DNA from: Myxococcota bacterium
GTDB taxonomy: Bacteria > Myxococcota > XYA12-FULL-58-9 > JALHOP01
DNA: 10,956 bases
Assembly (NCBI GenBank): GCA_041288095.1
Contig: JBGGMJ010000008.1
Span: 1 to 10,956 of the forward strand
Direction of reading: 5' to 3'
Shown here: positions 8,272 to 10,956 of the stretch, piece by piece
Position numbering within the stretch: the first letter of the stretch is position 1
How the letters are laid out: each line of letters starts with the position of its first letter
Notes under the pieces: model-generated
What the model was told of the DNA's origin: nothing
What the model saw: only the letters and a program-made list of their open reading frames with translations
The model's database searches: none
Made by a program: the position numbers and the translations under genes

Positions 8272-8763
8272 ATGAACTCCGAGACGCCCCTGGTGGCGGT
8301 GATCATGGGCAGCCAGTCGGATTACGACACCATGCGCCTGGCCTGCGAGATCCTGGACGAGCTCGGAGTAGCCTACGAGGCCAAGGTCGTCTCGGCCCAC
8401 CGCACGCCCGACGCGATGTTCGCATTCGCCGAGGCGGCGGAAGGGCGCGGCCTGCTCGCCATCATCGCCGGAGCGGGCGGTGCCGCGCACTTGCCCGGCA
8501 TGGTCGCGGCCAAGACCACGGTGCCGGTCATTGGTGTTCCCGTGCCGGCCACCATGTTGAACGGCGTCGACGCGTTGTTGTCCATCGTGCAGATGCCCAA
8601 GGGCGTGCCGGTCGCGACCGTCGCAATCGGCAAGCCGGGCGCCGCGAACGCCGGTATCCTCGCGGCTCAGATCGTCGCTAACTCACATCCCCAAGTGCGC
8701 GCTGCATTGAAGGCTTACCGCGACAAGCAGCGTGACCTGGTTCTGGCGCAGACGTTGACATGA
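8272..8763 (+). CDS. purE: N5-carboxyaminoimidazole ribonucleotide mutase (class I PurE), 163 aa
   Basis: Motifs [60 protein letters not shown]. True start at ATG 8272 ([14 protein letters not shown]) with AAGGA at 8261-8265; the track's extension to 7831 is antisense to the ABC-F gene. Confidence 0.97.
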   Translation: MNSETPLVAVIMGSQSDYDTMRLACEILDELGVAYEAKVVSAHRTPDAMFAFAEAAEGRGLLAIIAGAGGAAHLPGMVAAKTTVPVIGVPVPATMLNGVDALLSIVQMPKGVPVATVAIGKPGAANAGILAAQIVANSHPQVRAALKAYRDKQRDLVLAQTLT

Positions 8764-9899
8764 TCAAGGGTGCAGTTCTCCCTCCCGGAAAGACCATCGG
8801 AATCTTCGGCGGCGGCCAGCTCGGCCGCATGATGGCGCTCGCGGCGCGGCCGCTGGGCTACCGCGTGCACGTCCTCGATCCCGACCCCGACTGCGCGGCG
8901 AGACCGGTGGTCGAGAAGGTGATCACGGCGCCCTTCGACGACGTCGACGCCGCGCGCACGCTCGCCAAGGGCGTCGACGTGGTGACCCTCGAGATCGAGA
9001 AGATCGGCTTGGCGGCGCTGACAGCCGCGGCGGAGCACGCCCCGTGTCGACCGGACGCGACCATTCTCGAGACCATCCAAGACCGGGCGCTGCAGAAACG
9101 CTGGCTCAAGGGGCACGCGATCCCCATCGGCCCGTACATGGAAGCCGCGACCCCGGCGCAGCTCAAGCGCGCGGCCGAGCAGCTCGGCGGCCGTTGCTTC
9201 GCGAAGGCGGCCCATGGCGGCTACGACGGTCGCGGCCAGATGGAGCTCGCCTCCGCCGACGAGGCCGTGGCTGCCTGGGACGAGCTCAAGGCGGAGTCGG
9301 TCGTTTGCGAGTTCGCGCTCGATCTCGACAAGGAGATCTCGGTCCTGGTCGCGCGCAGCGCCGGCGGAGAGATCGCGGTCTATCCGGTAGCGCACAACCA
9401 TCACGAGAAGCGCATCCTCGCCTGGTCGGTAATCCCCGCGGAGATCCCCGAGGAGCTTGCCACCAAGGCCCAAGACCTCGCGCGCGGTATCGCCGATGGC
9501 TTGAAAATCGTCGGGCTCCTAGCGGTCGAAATGTTCCTCACCAAGACGGGCGAGCTGCTGGTGAACGAGCTGGCGCCGCGCCCACATAACTCCTATCACG
9601 CGAGTGACTCCGCGTGCGTGACGTCGCAGTTCGAGCAGGTGATTCGCGCGGTCTGTGGCTTGCCGCTGGGCTCCGTGGCGACGGTGCGGCCGTCCGCTAT
9701 CGCGAACATCCTCGGCGACGCCTGGGAGAAGGGCGAGCCGAAATTCGAGCGCGCCCTCGCCATCCCGAATCTGAAGCTGTCGCTCTACGGCAAACAGCCC
9801 AAGCCCGGCCGCAAGATGGGGCACCTCACGGCGAGCGCCGAGACCAGCGAAGACGCGGTCGCGGTGGTGCGCCGTGGCCTGAACGGTCTGCGCGGCTAG
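8760..9899 (+). CDS. purK: N5-carboxyaminoimidazole ribonucleotide synthase (ATP-grasp), 379 aa
   Basis: Motifs [67 protein letters not shown] overlap with the purE stop. Confidence 0.97.
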   Translation: MIKGAVLPPGKTIGIFGGGQLGRMMALAARPLGYRVHVLDPDPDCAARPVVEKVITAPFDDVDAARTLAKGVDVVTLEIEKIGLAALTAAAEHAPCRPDATILETIQDRALQKRWLKGHAIPIGPYMEAATPAQLKRAAEQLGGRCFAKAAHGGYDGRGQMELASADEAVAAWDELKAESVVCEFALDLDKEISVLVARSAGGEIAVYPVAHNHHEKRILAWSVIPAEIPEELATKAQDLARGIADGLKIVGLLAVEMFLTKTGELLVNELAPRPHNSYHASDSACVTSQFEQVIRAVCGLPLGSVATVRPSAIANILGDAWEKGEPKFERALAIPNLKLSLYGKQPKPGRKMGHLTASAETSEDAVAVVRRGLNGLRG

Positions 9900-9908
9900 C
9901 GTCGTGCG

Positions 9909-10703
9909 CTAGGGGGCCGTCGACGACTTGGTGCGCGGCTTGACCTCCGGCACCTGCACCGGCGTCACCGGCACGGCCGGCTGCGCGTTCGCTGTATCCG
10001 TCGCTACGTCGACATCGCGCCGTTCACGCTGGGGCCCCGGATCGCGGCCAAGCGGCCACATCGGCGTTGCCAGCTGCCCACCGCGTGGTGCTTGATCGAG
10101 ATTGCCGGCGAGCGAGGCGCCGAGCTGACCCACAGCCTCCTGTGTCGCCGCGGACAGGAGCTCCGAGATGCCGCGAATCGCCGCCGCGAAGTCTCCCGTG
10201 GGCACCTGCTTTCGCCGGTCGAAGCTGTACGTCCACAACACCTGGCCGTCGCTGAAGCGCGTGAACGCGAGCGAGATGGCGAGGTGCGCGAACCAGGCGT
10301 CTCCGCTATTGTAGACCTCGATCGAGTTGAGGTCGCCGGCCATCGTGTAGTCCGGCCGGCGCTCGCCGAGCTCGCGGGTCACGGCGTCGAAGGCGCCCGC
10401 CTCGCGCAATGCGGACGCCATCACGTCGCTGACCATGCGCCCGGGTTTTACCGCCCAGACGTTCAAGTCGCTGTACTGCAGCTGATACGGGCTCTCGCGC
10501 ATCACGATCTGGAATTTGTCGTAGGTGCTCGCGGTGTCCATGTTGGAGACGCGCACGAGCCCGGGCAGAACGCGTCCGCTCCCTTTCTCCAAGGGATCGA
10601 CCGCGAGCACGTAGAAGTTACGCGGCTGTTGCGCGCGGCCGAAGAGCCCGCAGGCGGCGCTCTGCAGCGCGAGCAGCATGATGCAAAAACCGAAGCGCTT
10701 CAT
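9909..10703 (-). CDS. PqiC-like / ABC-type transport auxiliary lipoprotein of an MCE system, 264 aa
   Basis: Lipoprotein signal MKRFGFCIMLLALQSAA-C18-G; family-like motifs NFYVL, YDKFQIVMRESPYQLQYSDLNVWAVKPGRMV, DYTMAGDLNSIE, GQVLWTYSFDRR, FAAAIRGISELL. ATGA overlap with the upstream MCE-type gene, GGGAG 8 nt before the ATG. Confidence 0.85.
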   Translation of the reverse strand: MKRFGFCIMLLALQSAACGLFGRAQQPRNFYVLAVDPLEKGSGRVLPGLVRVSNMDTASTYDKFQIVMRESPYQLQYSDLNVWAVKPGRMVSDVMASALREAGAFDAVTRELGERRPDYTMAGDLNSIEVYNSGDAWFAHLAISLAFTRFSDGQVLWTYSFDRRKQVPTGDFAAAIRGISELLSAATQEAVGQLGASLAGNLDQAPRGGQLATPMWPLGRDPGPQRERRDVDVATDTANAQPAVPVTPVQVPEVKPRTKSSTAP

Positions 10704-10956
10704 TCACGCAGCTCCCGTCCACGCAGCAGCGCCGATGGATCCTGCGCCAAGATGCGACTGAACTCGCGGAAGTTGTCCGCGGCTTCGCGCATCGACGCCA
10801 TGGTCGCAGTGAAGTCTTCGCGGCTCGCGCGGAAGGCGATGTCGGCTTCTTGCAGGATCTTCGCGACCTCCGTCATGGCGACGCCGAGGTTGCGGATGGC
10901 GACGCCGCCTTCCTCGGGCGACAGGCGCTGCTCGAGCGCCGCCATCACGCCGCGCG
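10700..10956 (-). CDS. C-terminal helical part of an MCE/MlaD (PqiB-like) family protein; 5'-truncated by the window edge
   Basis: Frame is open to the window edge (…RGVMAALEQRL…). Amphipathic heptad-like helices ending ASMREAADNFREFSRILAQDPSALLRG, resembling the C-terminus of MCE proteins encoded before PqiC-like genes. The MCE domain itself is not visible. Confidence 0.75.
   Translation of the reverse strand, partial: RGVMAALEQRLSPEEGGVAIRNLGVAMTEVAKILQEADIAFRASREDFTATMASMREAADNFREFSRILAQDPSALLRGRELRE

Noticed and set aside
8194..8490. N-terminal extension of the ABC-F ORF (741 aa)
   Set aside because: Overlaps purE antisense; family-typical N-terminus begins at ATG 8193.
8715..9473. 252-aa minus-strand ORF
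   Set aside because: Antisense shadow of purK.
1..10956. CRISPR arrays, tRNA/rRNA, IS elements, tandem DNA repeats
   Set aside because: Window is almost entirely coding; no spaced direct repeats, terminal inverted repeats, transposase motifs or RNA-gene signatures seen. Frequent GTCGAC/CTCGAG/GAGCTC hexamers are explained by codon usage.

Overview
High-GC (roughly two-thirds G+C), gene-dense bacterial chromosomal window; the gene content and style suggest a Myxococcota/deltaproteobacteria-like diderm (inference). Minus strand, left: a probable operon of an ABC-F ATPase (8193-6265), TamB/AsmA-like protein (6255-1900) and an Omp85 (BamA/TamA-family) gene that is missing from the ORF track because it runs off the window (1900 to <1). 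I translated it by hand: signal peptide plus seven POTRA-like repeats. Plus strand, divergent: purE-purK (8272-9899). Minus strand, right, convergent with purK: the 3' end of an MCE/MlaD-type gene and a PqiC-like lipoprotein gene. No RNA genes, mobile elements or CRISPR arrays were seen. The most notable items are the tamB -> 7-POTRA Omp85 pair with a Cys-containing N-terminal unit, its linkage to an ABC-F, and a 12-bp palindrome exactly centred in the 78-bp divergent intergenic region. Overall this looks like core genome with an unusual TAM-like variant rather than a clearly new system.
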